Assembly: GCA_964019335.1 (NCBI GenBank)
Contig: OZ025687.1
Location: 62,001-126,000 of the forward strand
From: Diplonema japonicum
Taxonomy: Eukaryota > Protista > Euglenozoa: Diplonemea
Length of the DNA: 64,000 bases
Direction of reading: 5' to 3'
Positions within the stretch are counted from its first letter, which is position 1; each line of letters opens with the position of its first letter. Shown in pieces: positions 24,367 through 36,547 of this stretch. The position numbers were made by a program, and so were the translations under genes. The notes under the pieces were generated by a model. The model searched no databases and was not told the origin of the DNA. It saw only the letters and a program-made list of their open reading frames with translations.

Positions 24367-25449
24367 CTAAATCTCATCGTCACTGCCACCCATATTGTCA
24401 TCGTCATACCCACCGCTGTAGTTGCTCCCACTGCCAAGGGAGTCCATGTCATCAGCATCTCCGCAGCTGTTGTTGTTTGCCCCACCGCCGTCAACATCAT
24501 CAGCACCCTCGCCACTGTTGTTGCTCGCCCTACTGCCGCCCTCCTCGCTGCATGACCCTTTAGAAGCCGGACTTTCTGCCATCACATCGTCGTCGTCATC
24601 TGAAATCACTTCTATCACACTTGCTTCAGCCTTCTCTTCGGCTTCAGCTTGCTCTTCTTGCATATCCTCGTCCTCTTCCGCGTGTGCCTTCTCGCCCTCC
24701 CATTCTTCCACTTGCATATCCTCGTCCTCTTCCGCAACTTCATTCACCTCTATCTCTCGTATCTCTTGGACCACCTCGGTCTCTTGGACTACTTCGATCT
24801 CTATCACTTCAATCTCTTCGACCACTTCGACCTCCATCTTCCTGACCTTAGCAGCTTGTACCTCTTCTTCAACCTCCGCTTCTTCGTCTCTGCTGCTTCC
24901 TCGGTCTCTGCTAACTGTTTCCTCGGTCTCTGCAGCTTCTTCCGCTTCTTCTTCCTCCGCTTCTGACCGTTTTCGTTTTAAGCTCTTAGTAGTAGGGAGC
25001 TCGGTTGCGTAGTACTTCCCCCAGTTCCACGTCGGACCGGGTGTGGCAGGTTGTGCCGGCGCACTGAGTGGCACGGCTAATGCTGGCATTGGTGTCGGCG
25101 TTTGGGTTCGAGAGGCATCGCTTGCACAAGCCGGCGATGGCACGAAGGAAGGTGTCTCCCTCGGTGGTGGCGACATCGACCTCCCACTGGTTGCGTAGAC
25201 AACGCCCTGCGGCGGGCTGGGTGGTGTGGGCAGCTTGTCGTCAGAACGCTTTCGCGCCTGCTTTCGTTTCTGCCGCCGCTCTCGTTGCTTCTGGTGTATG
25301 CTCATCTGGTCCCACACAAAGCTTATCCCACACACAACTGCTATACACCACGTTCCAAAGTAGCCCTCCTCTGCCCACGCCCTGTAGCATTGCACCGCCG
25401 CGCACAAGGTGCTTACAAGCACCGCGCAGTTGATTGCTGTTTGATTCAT
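24367..25449 (-). CDS. Hypothetical protein: N-terminal hydrophobic segments, Pro-rich and highly acidic low-complexity regions
   Basis: Long ORF on the coding strand, tightly packed between two genes; no family recognised. Confidence 0.6.
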   Translation of the reverse strand: MNQTAINCAVLVSTLCAAVQCYRAWAEEGYFGTWCIAVVCGISFVWDQMSIHQKQRERRQKRKQARKRSDDKLPTPPSPPQGVVYATSGRSMSPPPRETPSFVPSPACASDASRTQTPTPMPALAVPLSAPAQPATPGPTWNWGKYYATELPTTKSLKRKRSEAEEEEAEEAAETEETVSRDRGSSRDEEAEVEEEVQAAKVRKMEVEVVEEIEVIEIEVVQETEVVQEIREIEVNEVAEEDEDMQVEEWEGEKAHAEEDEDMQEEQAEAEEKAEASVIEVISDDDDDVMAESPASKGSCSEEGGSRASNNSGEGADDVDGGGANNNSCGDADDMDSLGSGSNYSGGYDDDNMGGSDDEI

Positions 25450-25546
25450 GTTAGCTGTGAAGGTGAAGGCAGACTGAACCACCCTTTACTGGAAAAAAGC
25501 TAGCTATGGGTGTTTGGGTACAAACCCATTTGCCTGAGTGTAAGTA

Positions 25547-27063
25547 CTAGGCCTTGCTGAGGCATTGATCAACATGGTTACTCATATAGCGTGTGGAGGA
25601 CCCCGCGGGGAAGGCCTCATTGCAGATGGGACATGCAGCATCCTCGCTTGCGGGAAGCTCAACGGGAGAGACAGATGGGGCAGAGACACTGCCTTGTAGA
25701 CGCAGCACAGGTTGTTCTGGTGCGCTTTCCTGCTGCTCGCCAACGCATTGCTCCACGTGGTTGCTGAAGTATCTTTCGGATGACCTGATATTATTAGGTG
25801 AAGTAAGTAGCACAACATACCCTTCAGGCATCACAAGCTGGCAGATAGGGCACTCCATCTTCAAGGGAGGCTTTGTGCAACTGTCCATGTGGTTCGACAG
25901 ATACCTCTCGCTGCAGCCTGTTATGTGGTGTTGAATATCAAGAAAAAGAAAGAAATACCTGCTGGCATTTCTTGCTTACACGCAGGACAGAAAACAGGGC
26001 ACCCGGTCGACACCTGCTCTTCTGGAACTTCGGCAGGCACCTTTATCTCGGGCTTGGGCACGGGCACGGGCACAGATACCGGCACCGGCTCGGGCTCGGG
26101 CGCGGGCTCAGGTGCACTCTGAACCTGAGAGCAGCCACACGACTGTTCTATTTTGCGCTCCATTGTAGACAAACGTAGGGCAGCTGCCGCCCCTGCTATC
26201 TGCGCAGGTGTGGCACCGGTGCGCTTCAACATTTCAAATCGCTCTATGTCCCCACCAAGGGCCGATGAAGAGCTGAATCTGGGGGCTTCTGTTTCGTCAG
26301 TGTCGTCTGGGCGGTAGATGGCTGACCCGCCCAGTCGCTGCCCGCCCCTCCGCCAGTCGAACGCCTCACACTCCTTTACCAGTTGTCTGAAGAGTGTATA
26401 AAATTTTTCGTCATGTGGACCATGCGCGCAATGGGTCAGCTCATGCAGCATGGTGTCCCGTATTTCTTTGTACGGGAGGAACAGGTCGCTGTCATCGGGG
26501 CTAGTGAGGTGCCGTACACGCAGCAATATTACCTCCCCCTTGTTCTTATTCAAACCCAGAAGCTTTTGATCCAGAGGACTTATTTCCATAAGCTTTCCGA
26601 TGTTCCATTTATGCTTTTCTAGGACCCCCTTCACACCTTCGTCAGAGGCAATCTGGGTGAGGATAGCATGTGCCTCCTGCTGACGAGGTAAAGGGAGCGC
26701 CTCAATTGCATGGATATAGTGTGACGTTGCCGGTCCTTGCTGCTTCCGTTTTTTTGTTGCTTCTGATGACAGGTTGATGGGCTTGATGAGGGCCGGTGCC
26801 GGGGCCTTCTTGACCTCGCGCATTTTTTCAACCTCTGCCATGTTAGTACTCATGACAAGCACCTTTCCCCCGTCGCCCACCACATTGCACAGCATCCCCC
26901 GCTCACTGCTGATGTCTTTGCCTTTGCATAACATTCTTGTATTGCACACCCCCAGGTCGGCTTCTGTGTCCCTCTTGAGCACTAATAGCAAATCACTCAA
27001 TGAGTCAGTCTCTTCCATCACATACTCTAGTGTCTTTCCCTGGAACGACACCTTGACCTTCAT
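25547..27063 (-). CDS. WSS1: WLM-domain (Wss1-like) metalloprotease with N-terminal ubiquitin-like domain and three C-terminal UBZ-type zinc fingers; introns 25918-25958 and 25785-25820
   Basis: LLGLNKNKGEVILLR and TMLHELTHCAHGPHDEKFY (HExxH). Splicing yields three C-P-x-C...NH-x-x-x-C fingers of identical spacing. Confidence 0.88.
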
Positions 27064-27211
27064 CGTGAGACCTGTATGAGTTTTCAGCACGAATCGGAGA
27101 GCCCAAGAGGAAGAAGTCTATGGAGAGAGGGAATTAGACATTAACAATTAACAATGGTGGGTCTCCTTGGGAAACAACAAATATTCTATAGGTACAAATT
27201 ACGCGTGGGAT

Positions 27212-29344
27212 CTAACCCCACTGACTAGACATGCTCTGTGCCGATGAGGTGGTGTCGCGCGGGGCGCCAGACCTCCCTACTCGCGAAGACGAGTTCATTC
27301 TTCGTTTCTTCTCGGGACCCTGTGTCAATTTACTTTCGTTGCCATGTCATACCATGTTCTTGCTCTTGTTCAGCAATGCTTGCAAGACTTCGTTCTTCTT
27401 TTTTTCCTCTCGCAGTTCCTTGTGTGCACCCGCAAGTTGAGCTTGCAAGTTGTGCGTTGTAGCCACTGCGGATCTGCGGAGCATTTCGGTGGTCTCGCTC
27501 TTTTCTTGCTGCTGCTGAAGGTCCTCTTTCAAATAGTCTTGCGCCATCTCTGCCCTTGTCAGCTGCGATGCCAACCTCCCAGTTGTCTTAGTGACTTCTT
27601 TGATTTGGCAGTCAAAACTTCTTTCTAATGACCCGGAGCGCTTGTAACTCTTGCCCGCCCGCCCCTTCCCTGAAGGCCGCAAAGGGGAGCACGGTGCTGT
27701 GGCCAGTGCCGTAGCCGGTGCCGTGGCCGGTTTCGTTTGAATCTCCTGCAATTGTTGCAGTTGCTGTGTTTGCTGCAGTCCTTGTTTCTGAAGCTGTACT
27801 ACCTGCTGTTGGCATGTAAGGGAATTCTCTTTTTCTGCCTTGAGCTCCTTCTTCAATCTAGCCACTTCACAATTCTTTTCCTCGACCTCTGCCTGCCGCA
27901 TGTTCGTGTCGCCCTCCAGTTGGGCGACTCGGGCATTAAGTGTGTGTATGTTTTCCTTATGACTGTTCATCAGAGACATGAAGTCGATTCTGGCATCTTC
28001 AGCTTCCTGTCTTTCGAGCTCTGCCTGCATCTTCGCGCGTGACAGCTCGTCGTTTGTGTTCCTCAGGTTTTCGTAGAGCATCTTGTATTCTTCCGACCGC
28101 CGTTCAACGTATTTCAGGCGCTCTCTTGTGGTATCAAGCTGCCCTGTCACCTCGGCGAACTGCTGCTGGAGCTGTTTTACTTTGTTTACCTCCACTTCTT
28201 TCAACTTGTTTTGGAAGGCATTTAAAGTGATGTTCTTGGCACGCATCGCGTACGTCAGCGTCGACTGCGTCTGCTGCTCGTTCGACATCAGCGGCGACAC
28301 CATGGCGAGCATCCTGTGTAAGTGAGTGGCACCACAAGCATACCTTGTACGGCTGTTGCCACCGAAGTTCTCGCTTAGCAACCTGGTCAACTTCGACTCC
28401 CTCAGCATCCCTTTCATCTCATGTATCTGAGTTCCTGTGGAGAAGCTGCTAAGCGCTTTCCCCAGAGCGAGGAGCGACTTGTTGATGTGACTGCCTTCAC
28501 GTCTCCTGAGTCCCTCGGTGCCTGTCCTTCCGATACATTCGCTCCCTGCAAGGTCGACGAATTTTATGTTGGAAATGAGGTTCCCAGATGAGCTGCGCTG
28601 CTTCAGAGTGAGCGTGACGATCATGTGCGAACGGGAGGACTGCTCATTCATCTGAGTGGCGGCTGTCTCCCTGGAGTTGACGCCCATCTTCAGCAGCTGC
28701 ATGGCGTGCTCGCTGCTATCCACTTGCGCCTCTATGGCACCCACAACGACGATCTGCTTTGTTTCTGTGTCCTCGACAAGCATCGGCCCCTTCTCCCTTG
28801 TGTCACCCGCGTCCTTGTCTCTGCTTTTCAAGAGATCCCGCACATCCTCGTTGTAGATTTCCAGCACGGACATGGTGAGGTGCATTTGCAGCGAACGGAA
28901 CTTCATGATCATCTCTTGGCGGTATCTGCACAAGTTCTCAAGGAACCTGGGCAGGAGCCCTTGAGCGTTGGGGCAGAACTCGGCATTAGGAGGGAGGCCT
29001 GCACCCGGAAGGCCAAGGAGGGTGTATGTCTTGCCGGACCCTGTCTGGCCGTAAGCAAAGAGGCACGTATTGTATCCATTCACAGCATCCTCCACCATCG
29101 GCTTGCCATACGCGGAGTAGATGCTCTCCTGCCCGCCTGTGAAGACAGAGTCGAAGCTGTACTCTTTGTTCACACACTTGATGTACTCATTCTCCACATT
29201 TAAAGACATAGCAGGGTTCTCCACTTCATTTGTAGGCCGCACCCTTACGGCCACTTGCATCCTGCCCCTTCCCTCCTTCTTGGGGGTCGCGTCTGCCGTC
29301 TTGATCCTCGGGCATGTGTTCACCTTCTGGGGTGTAAGAGGCAT
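27212..29344 (-). CDS. Kinesin (N-terminal motor plus coiled coil); introns 28314-28343 and 27320-27352
   Basis: VAVRVRP, AYGQTGSGKT, SSRSH, VDLAGSE, INKSLLALG, SKLTRLL. Removing the in-frame 30-nt intron restores GGNSRTRMLAMVSP. Confidence 0.93.
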
Positions 29345-29520
29345 GTCGACACCTGTGTAATGTTAGACAGCACTCACGGTAGCGACGCAGAGGTTACTGG
29401 TTGTTGTTCATTCAAGATGAACCATGCTGCCGGTTTGCTGCTTACAAAAGCAAAGAAACGTTTATCCCTCCCATTACCCATAGGACGCTCGAAAAAGAAA
29501 AAAAAACCCTTCCAACGCAT

Positions 29521-30586
29521 CTATTCAGGAAAAACATAGTTGCACCCAGGCATCCAACATTTTGTTGTTTTTTTATAGCAGTCGCTATTGCACTTCGGGC
29601 AGACCTTGTCCGCGTAGCCCTCGGGGAGCTTGTTAGGGATGTGAAGGGCGGGGGTCTTCTGGGTGGGATCGAAAATTTGAGCAGGAACCACCTTCCCATC
29701 TAGTTTCTGTTCTTCAAGATAGTCGCCGAGTTGCTGTTAATATGTGAAGCCATCAAACACATACCAATACCTGTGCGGTGCCTATGGGCTTCTCCGACAG
29801 CAGCTCAACGGCTTCGACTGCTTCTTTCTCGGACTTGAATGTGAAACGCATCTTTTGAAAATTGTTGAAAAAAACTCTTTTCTTCCATACCACCCCCATC
29901 TGAGTGTCGACCTTGCTGTCCACGGGTTTCACGTTCAGGTTTTCCTGCACCTCCTCTGCGGTGATGTACTCGGGGAGGTTTGCGACCACGACGGACGAGT
30001 CGACAAAAACCTTTTTGTGGTCAGTTGTGGGGGTGCTTGCTGCCTGCTGAACAGGGGGCTTGTAAGGGGGTAACGGGTGGCTTTGATACGCGAGTGGATT
30101 CTTCTTGCGGCGGCGGAGTGAACACGAGGTAGGAAGGGCAACAGGAAGGTTTGGGAGGGCGTTCGGGTGGCGGAACATCTCATCGACTGAAGTGCCCGAT
30201 GCCTCCAAGGCCGTCAGGTCGTCTGCAGAGTCAGTGGGGGCCGACACGTGGGAAAACCTGCGGCTAGGAGGGATGTACACACTTGGGCACTCCATCTTCC
30301 AAACATATCCCCCGTGGCAGGCACCATCGTTGGCCAGCATCGCCTCGTACGCGTCGTCTTTGTTCCAGAACTGCGCGACAACTGTCTTTGTTTGTCCAAA
30401 GTCCTTGAATCTCATCGATTTGCACATTGGCAACACTCTTCTCATCTCTTGTTCCTTCATCACCAAGGCCACCCCTGTCACCGTCACATGCACACACCCA
30501 TTGCGCGTTGCGTCGTCCACAAGCGGCTTGTGCTCCATCTTCCTCAACTCTAGCATCGCAGCTGCACTCCTCTTCCGCCGTGTCAT
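29521..30586 (-). CDS. RNA-binding protein with two divergent RRM-like domains and a C-terminal C4 zinc ribbon; intron 29734-29764
   Basis: VVVANLPEYITAEEV...FTFKSEKEAVEAV (RRM-like). The spliced last exon ends CPKCNSDCYKKTTKCWMPGCNYVFPE*. Confidence 0.65.
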
Positions 30587-30753
30587 CTTATGATCTTTGC
30601 TTTCTTTTGTTTTTCAATCTCCTCTTAACTTCGTGATCACTCATCTGTCATACTTCTTTCTTCTTTTAAAAAAAAGCTCCCTCACCTCTGCTCTCCTGTT
30701 TACATGGCTCTTCTAAGGGGAAAAAAAAAAAAAAAAAAAGAGAAAAAAAGGAT

Positions 30754-31647
30754 CTAAGAGGGGTTTAAGAAAGGGTGCTTTTCCGCCTCACGCATCGTGA
30801 GGCGTGCTTCCTCTGACCTTGTGAGGAGACGAGAGACAAAGGCGGCTGCGTCGGCTGGGAAGGCACGAGGAGGGGTGTAGGTCGTTGTCGTGATGTTAAG
30901 ATAAGTCTGATGAGGAGATGGATGTGCGAAGGGAGGCTCTGTGGCCAGAAGTTCGTGAACAATGACCCCTGTCGCCCACGCATCGATCGGAAAGGAGTAA
31001 GAAGATGTTTCAACAAGAATCTCTGGCGACATGTAATCAAGAGTACCGCATATAGTACTCCTTCTACCCTTAGCAGTATGCATAGCCCACCCGAAGTCGC
31101 TCAACCGCAACCGGCCCTTCTTGTCGATTAACAAATTCTCTGGTTTCACATCTCTGTGGATGATGCCCAACTCATGTAAATAGACAAGTGCACATACAAG
31201 CTGTTTGGTGTAACTTATAATTTCGGGATAAGGGAGTTTATCCTTTACCCTGTCATATAGCTGACCTCCTGGGCAGTATTCAAGAGCTAGGTATAGCCTG
31301 TCCAGGTCGTGAAAGTAGGCATACATTTGAAGGATGTTGGGGTGGTTTAAGTTTCGTTGGATGTCGATTTCCAGCCGCATTTGCCGTTGTAGCTTTTCTT
31401 CGCCTCGCAACGTGGTCTTCTTTATGATTTTCAAGGCGCACACGAATCTGCTTTCTTTTTCCTTCGCCAGGTATACTTTGCTGTGTGTGCCTTCCCCCAG
31501 CTTTGCGCCCAACGTGAAGTCCCCAACATACCACACAGGCTTTTCCTTTGTTTGCTTTTCCGTCCGCCATTTCTCAATCTCGCTTTCTTCACTGTCCTTT
31601 CTTACTTTCGTAATAGGTGAATACCCTGCAAGCGTGAAGGGGTCCAT
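30754..31647 (-). CDS. Aurora-family Ser/Thr kinase
   Basis: LGEGTHSKVYLAKE, QMRLEIDIQRNLNHPNIL, HRDVKPEN, SDFGWA, RRSTICGTLDYMSPE. Confidence 0.9.
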   Translation of the reverse strand: MDPFTLAGYSPITKVRKDSEESEIEKWRTEKQTKEKPVWYVGDFTLGAKLGEGTHSKVYLAKEKESRFVCALKIIKKTTLRGEEKLQRQMRLEIDIQRNLNHPNILQMYAYFHDLDRLYLALEYCPGGQLYDRVKDKLPYPEIISYTKQLVCALVYLHELGIIHRDVKPENLLIDKKGRLRLSDFGWAMHTAKGRRSTICGTLDYMSPEILVETSSYSFPIDAWATGVIVHELLATEPPFAHPSPHQTYLNITTTTYTPPRAFPADAAAFVSRLLTRSEEARLTMREAEKHPFLNPS

Positions 31648-32268
31648 TTTCTTCTTTTTATTGTTCAATTTTCTTTTTATTTTCTTACATGGTTTAATCC
31701 TTTTTTTTTTGTTTTGTTTTGTTTTGTTTTGTTTTGTTTTATTCTCTTTTTGTTTTCAAACAGACTCGTTTTAAAATGTGTTCAAAAAGACTGCAATGAA
31801 AAAGAGAGGGGGGGGGGGGGGGGGGGTGGACTAGGTGGCAAAAGAAAAAAAAACTGAGTTTCTTTTTTCTCTTTTTTTTCCATTCTCTTTTTTTTTTCTG
31901 CAAACGTTTTTTTTTTTTCTTCTTTTTTGTTTCTTTCTTATAATGAGTTAAATAAAAAAGGAGGCAATAAAAAAAAAACGAAAAAAAAAACAAAGCAAAA
32001 GCAAGAACTTTGTTTCTTTTTTTTGTTTTTCTCCTTTTCCTACCCATACCAATTCCGTAAACCCCCGCTACCGTAAAAAAAAAAAAAAAAGTTCGCTCTC
32101 AGTTAATCCTTTTCAACCCCCCCCCCCCATCCGGGGTTCTTTTTTTCTTTTTTCTTTTTTCTTTTTTTTTTCTCTCCCACGCTCCCGTTCTCCCTGCCTA
32201 AAAAACACAACAAAAAAAAAAGAGGGAAGGGAAAAAATGATGGAAAAAAAAAAAAAAAAAATCCGTTC

Positions 32269-33593
32269 TCACTTCCTGTACTTTTCACAGAACTCTGCAA
32301 CACGGGCATAAGCCTCGATAAGCTTCTCCTCGGGTTTGGTGAACACCACTCTGAAATAGTTCGGGATCATGAAGCACGATCCAGGGAGAACCATGACTGC
32401 CTGCTCTCTAAGCAGTTCTTTCGAGAAGTCGATCTCAGACTCGAATGAGGGGAATCGCTTCATGTCAATCCCAACCATCACATACATCGCCCCCTGCGGC
32501 TTCACAGGCGTAAGACCATCAATCGCCTGGAACGCCTTGTAAGTAATATCAGCATTACCCGAGAGAGTCTTCAAGAAGCCGTCGTAGTACTCAGGGGTAG
32601 TCTTGTTGAGGATATCAGGAAGCGCTCCTTGAATAGCAGAGTTGGGACCAAGAATAATGGTGGAAAGTGCCATCAAGCCTGTCATGATCTCGGAGAGAAG
32701 GTTGTGTCTGTCATGAACGGCGATCCAGCCCATCCTCCACCCTGGGACGACATACTGCTTTGCAATACCACCAAGAACGACGGAAGGCACGGTCTCTGTG
32801 AGGGTGGGGATGGAGGTGAACACTTCGCCTTCAAAGACCACGCCGTCGTAGATCTCATCAGAGATGATGGGAAGTTTGAACTCCTCGGCGACCTTGATGA
32901 TGTCCAGAAGGTGCTGCTTTGAGAAGTTGCTGCCGCATGGGTTTGACGGGTTGTTGATGAAGACCGCGCGTGTCTTGCTGTTCACAAGCGTCCTCATGTG
33001 GTCCAGGTCGCACTCCCAGTTCTTCTCGGGAAGCAGGTTGTAAAAGTTGCATTCAAACCCCTTCGAGTCGCATATCGTCTTGTACAAAGAGAACCCCGGG
33101 TTCGGGAGAAGAATGTTGTCACCAGGCTCCAGGAAGGCGTCGAACACCATTTGCAAGGCGTGCGATGCACCGCTTGTCAGGATGACCTTCCCTGCCTCCA
33201 ATGCGTGCTTAGAGTGTCCCGGGAACTTCTTCGCCACTGCCTCTCTTGCCTGTTCATACCCTGCGCTCGGGGGGTACCCGTTGTATGAGTTGTTCCTATG
33301 GGTTTTTATCTTTATTTTTTTTTTTATTGGCCATACTTGATGATATTGACAACGCTGTCTGTGGTCTCTTGAGGGGGGAGGAGGTTGCCGTCCGTGCACG
33401 GGTCACCGATGGACAGGGGGATCGGTGCTTTGTCCGTCTCCGGCTTGATGAGCTGTGGGGTGATTTAGACAATGACAAAAGAAGATAAAACTTTTCTCTT
33501 CCACCCCCGTACCATCTGGTCCACGATCTTCCTGATCGGGTTGCTAGTGTTCTTACTAGCCGCCGACGACTTGAACGCTGCCCATTCGCTCAT
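32269..33593 (-). CDS. TAT: Tyrosine/nicotianamine-type aminotransferase (class I PLP enzyme); introns 33453-33512 and 33296-33336
   Basis: Spliced N-terminus TSNPIRKIVD...IPLSIGDP, YNGYPPSAG, NNPSNPCG, ISDEIY, GGIAKQYVVPGWRMGW. Confidence 0.92.
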
Positions 33594-33994
33594 TTTCTTT
33601 TCTTTTCTCGTTGTCGCCTTTGTTACACGTCAAACCCGGGAGGGGGCGATCCGATAATTGTTAAAAAATGAAAAGCTTACATTTGGAACCACGTACAAAA
33701 CGGAGATAGACGCCCCGTCTGAGAGGGGTTCATCATATTCGCTATTTGAAAATGCTTAGAAAGAAGAAAAAAAAGACCCCCCCCGCGTAATAAAAAATAG
33801 CACTCCCTAGAAAAGGGGGAACAAAGTCACAAAACACGTCATCTCTGGTCACGGGGTCGGCTTTTGGTACAAAAAATGTCGCCCCCCCAAAACCATATTG
33901 TTGCACTCAAGCGATTTTCTTTTAAGGACGCTTAAAAAAATCTCATCTAATAAAGGGGGGGAGGGCAATGGAGAGATCGCACGATTTATAAAGA

Positions 33995-34545
33995 AAATAA
34001 AATATATATGAGTTAAAGGAAGTCTTTGTGAGACGCCCCCTTGTTCTCATCTTCTACCTGCACCTATCCCCTTTCAGCAGCGGTTTCTCCTCCTTTGGTG
34101 GTCTTGCCGGCCTTCTCCCCAGCCTGGCCGCTCTTTCTCTTCGTTCTCTCGCCCATTGTCCTTTCAACGCCTCTAGGTCATGCTTGGTCTTCGGTGATGC
34201 AAATATCGCCCTCCTGTTCCATCCGATCACCGCCTTTGTCCTCCCGATGGATCGTAGTGTGTGCACCCTTGTGCTCGGCTCAGCTGGGAAGGCCCTCCTT
34301 CCTTTCACCTTCTTCAGTACCCTCCCTAGCTCCCATGTGTGCCAGATCTTCTTCATCAGTCCATGCAATCTCCTCGCTTTCTGCTGTACTTCTGCGAGAT
34401 CCCCCAGCTTCCCTCCAAGGGTCTTCCCGGTCACGTTCTCGAAATCCAGTGCCAGCTCCACCGTCGACACTGACGTGTTCCTGTTGCCTGCATACCAGCG
34501 CAGTTGCCGCATCCACCTCAGCACCTCCTTCGTGTACTCCCGTAG
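33995..34545 (-). mobile_element. 5'-truncated copy of a second, related non-LTR retrotransposon family (C-terminal domain plus 3' UTR)
   Basis: Translation WMRQLRWYAGNRNTSVSTVELALDFENVT...TRVHTLRSIG...GWNRRAIF aligns by eye with 38944-39567 (WLRGLRWYDGKKKTSVTTMELAIDYEQTT...SRVHTLRHLG...GYDRRPLF). Its 3' UTR recurs at 45900-46015. Confidence 0.85.
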
Positions 34546-34737
34546 GTAAATAAAAAGAGGGGAAACAACAACAACGTAACACACGCATCTCACTTTTTTT
34601 GGCCGGGGTGGCCGGGGGGGGGGGGGTGAATAAAAATACAAAAAAAATGGGGTAAAAAAAAAAAGAACCCACCAACCTATGACAGTAACCATAGCGATAT
34701 CCTATCTCTATCTCCATCATATTCTTCTTTCATTTCA

Positions 34738-36331
34738 TCACACGAACTTGCGCGATTCTATGACATCACGCCGAAGGCAAGCTTCAAGGAAGGTGACCCC
34801 GAGGTCCATGGCGAACTTTCCTTCTGGGCAGTAGTGGTAGAACCTGTGTGGCGGTGAGGGGGGGAAAAAAATGTCAAAAAAAAAAAACATACATTTGAAA
34901 CACATGAGGGCAGTGGTCCTTGCTGACAGTCTGGATGGTAACACCTGCTTTTTTCGCCTTTTCAACAAAGGTAATGACCTCGTCCACTAGCGGCTCAGCC
35001 GTGGAGTACGAGACGAAGAGCGGCGGGAGCCCTTCGAACGAAGTGTGTGGGAAGGTTGCAGGTGAAAACTTTTCCGCGTCGACCTTGGAGAAGTTGGGTG
35101 ACTGACTGAACATAGACTTGGCAGCATCGATGATTCGAGGCTCAAGGATGAAGTCCTTCCCCCTGTTCCTTTCCCAGGAATCGGAAGTTGTGGTGAGGTC
35201 AACATAAGGCGACATCAGCATCCCGCCAGCAGGCTGCTGAAGATCCTGGCGCTTCCTGATCTCCAACAACGTCAATAAACAAAGCGAACCACCAGCAGAA
35301 TCCCCCGCAAAAACAATTCTTTCCGGTGAGATCTTCTTGTCCACCGTCAGGTATCTGTAAGCTGCCAGTGCATCATCCACAGCAGCTGGTAAAGGGTGCT
35401 CCGGCATCTTCCTGTACTCCACTGCAAAGACGTTGCAGTTCAGCCTGTTCCCGATGGGGGCTATCATGCCTCGGTAGGATCCTGCGGTCCCTGCTACAAA
35501 ACCACCACCATGGAGATAGAAGATCAGTGGTGGGTGGCCCTCGGGTTCTAACGATGTCCGCATGTAATGGCAGACGACCTCTCTTGAAGGGTTCTCCGCC
35601 TTCACCATCCATGTGTCTCTGTGAATGGCTTTCTTGTACCAAAAGAGAATGGCATAGCCCTCGCAGGTCTTCCTGAACATCTCAATGGTGTACACTGAGC
35701 CGCGTTGTCTGGTCAGCTTTACGAAGAACTCAAGGGCACGGAGTTGTGGTGAGGGCTTGCCGTTAGGTTTGACAATCTTGAAGATCTGAGTTGCAATGAA
35801 ATGGCCGACGCCAAGGACATGGAAGAGAACCGCACATGTTGTGTTGTTGATGAGGTTCTTCATTCTTTTAACCTTGTCGGTGCCGCTGAGGAGGATGTAC
35901 AGCGAGAGAGGCATCCATATCGGGGAGGCGATGAACGTTGCGAAGATCAGCAATGGCATTATGCCCGACACCACCAGTACCAAAGGGACCGTGATGAAGA
36001 CCAACCCCATGGGCACCACCACCGCAATCAAGGCCACCGTCGCCGCGTACCTCCAGAAATGCTTCTCAAAATCCTTTCTTAGAAAAACCAGCACCTCCTT
36101 CACGGTCCACCCGTGCTGTTCGGGTTCTTCCCTCTTGGCCTCGTCCTCTGGTATGCGCTCGTCTTGTCGGTTAGCGCTGTCCTTGACGACATCTTTCACA
36201 GCTTCCTCCACGGCAGCTCCTGGTAGCGTGGCCGTAGCAGCTGTAGCGGCATCTCTTGTGATATGCTGACCGTTTCCTTCGGCCTGCTGACCGTTTCCTT
36301 CAGCGGCGGTGGATTTACGTTTCTTCGCCAT
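34738..36331 (-). CDS. Hormone-sensitive-lipase-family alpha/beta hydrolase with N-terminal membrane segments; intron 34844-34892
   Basis: HGGG oxyanion motif, GDSAG nucleophile motif, EYRKMPEHPLPAAVDD, HVFQ. Confidence 0.9.
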
Positions 36332-36547
36332 GAGCTGCTCTATCTGTCTATGTTGGTTCTCTCTATGGAACTCGTGCAGAAAAGACGAAAGGGGAAGCGG
36401 GGGGGGAGACCAAAGAGAACAATATATATATCGACGAACAAGAAACAAGAAAAGAAGAAAAAATACCGGAACTCGGAAAAGCAAAAAAAAGTGAGGGGGG
36501 GGGGGATAATGCGTGAGAGCTGGAAATGTTTCTTCGTTTAAAAAAAA

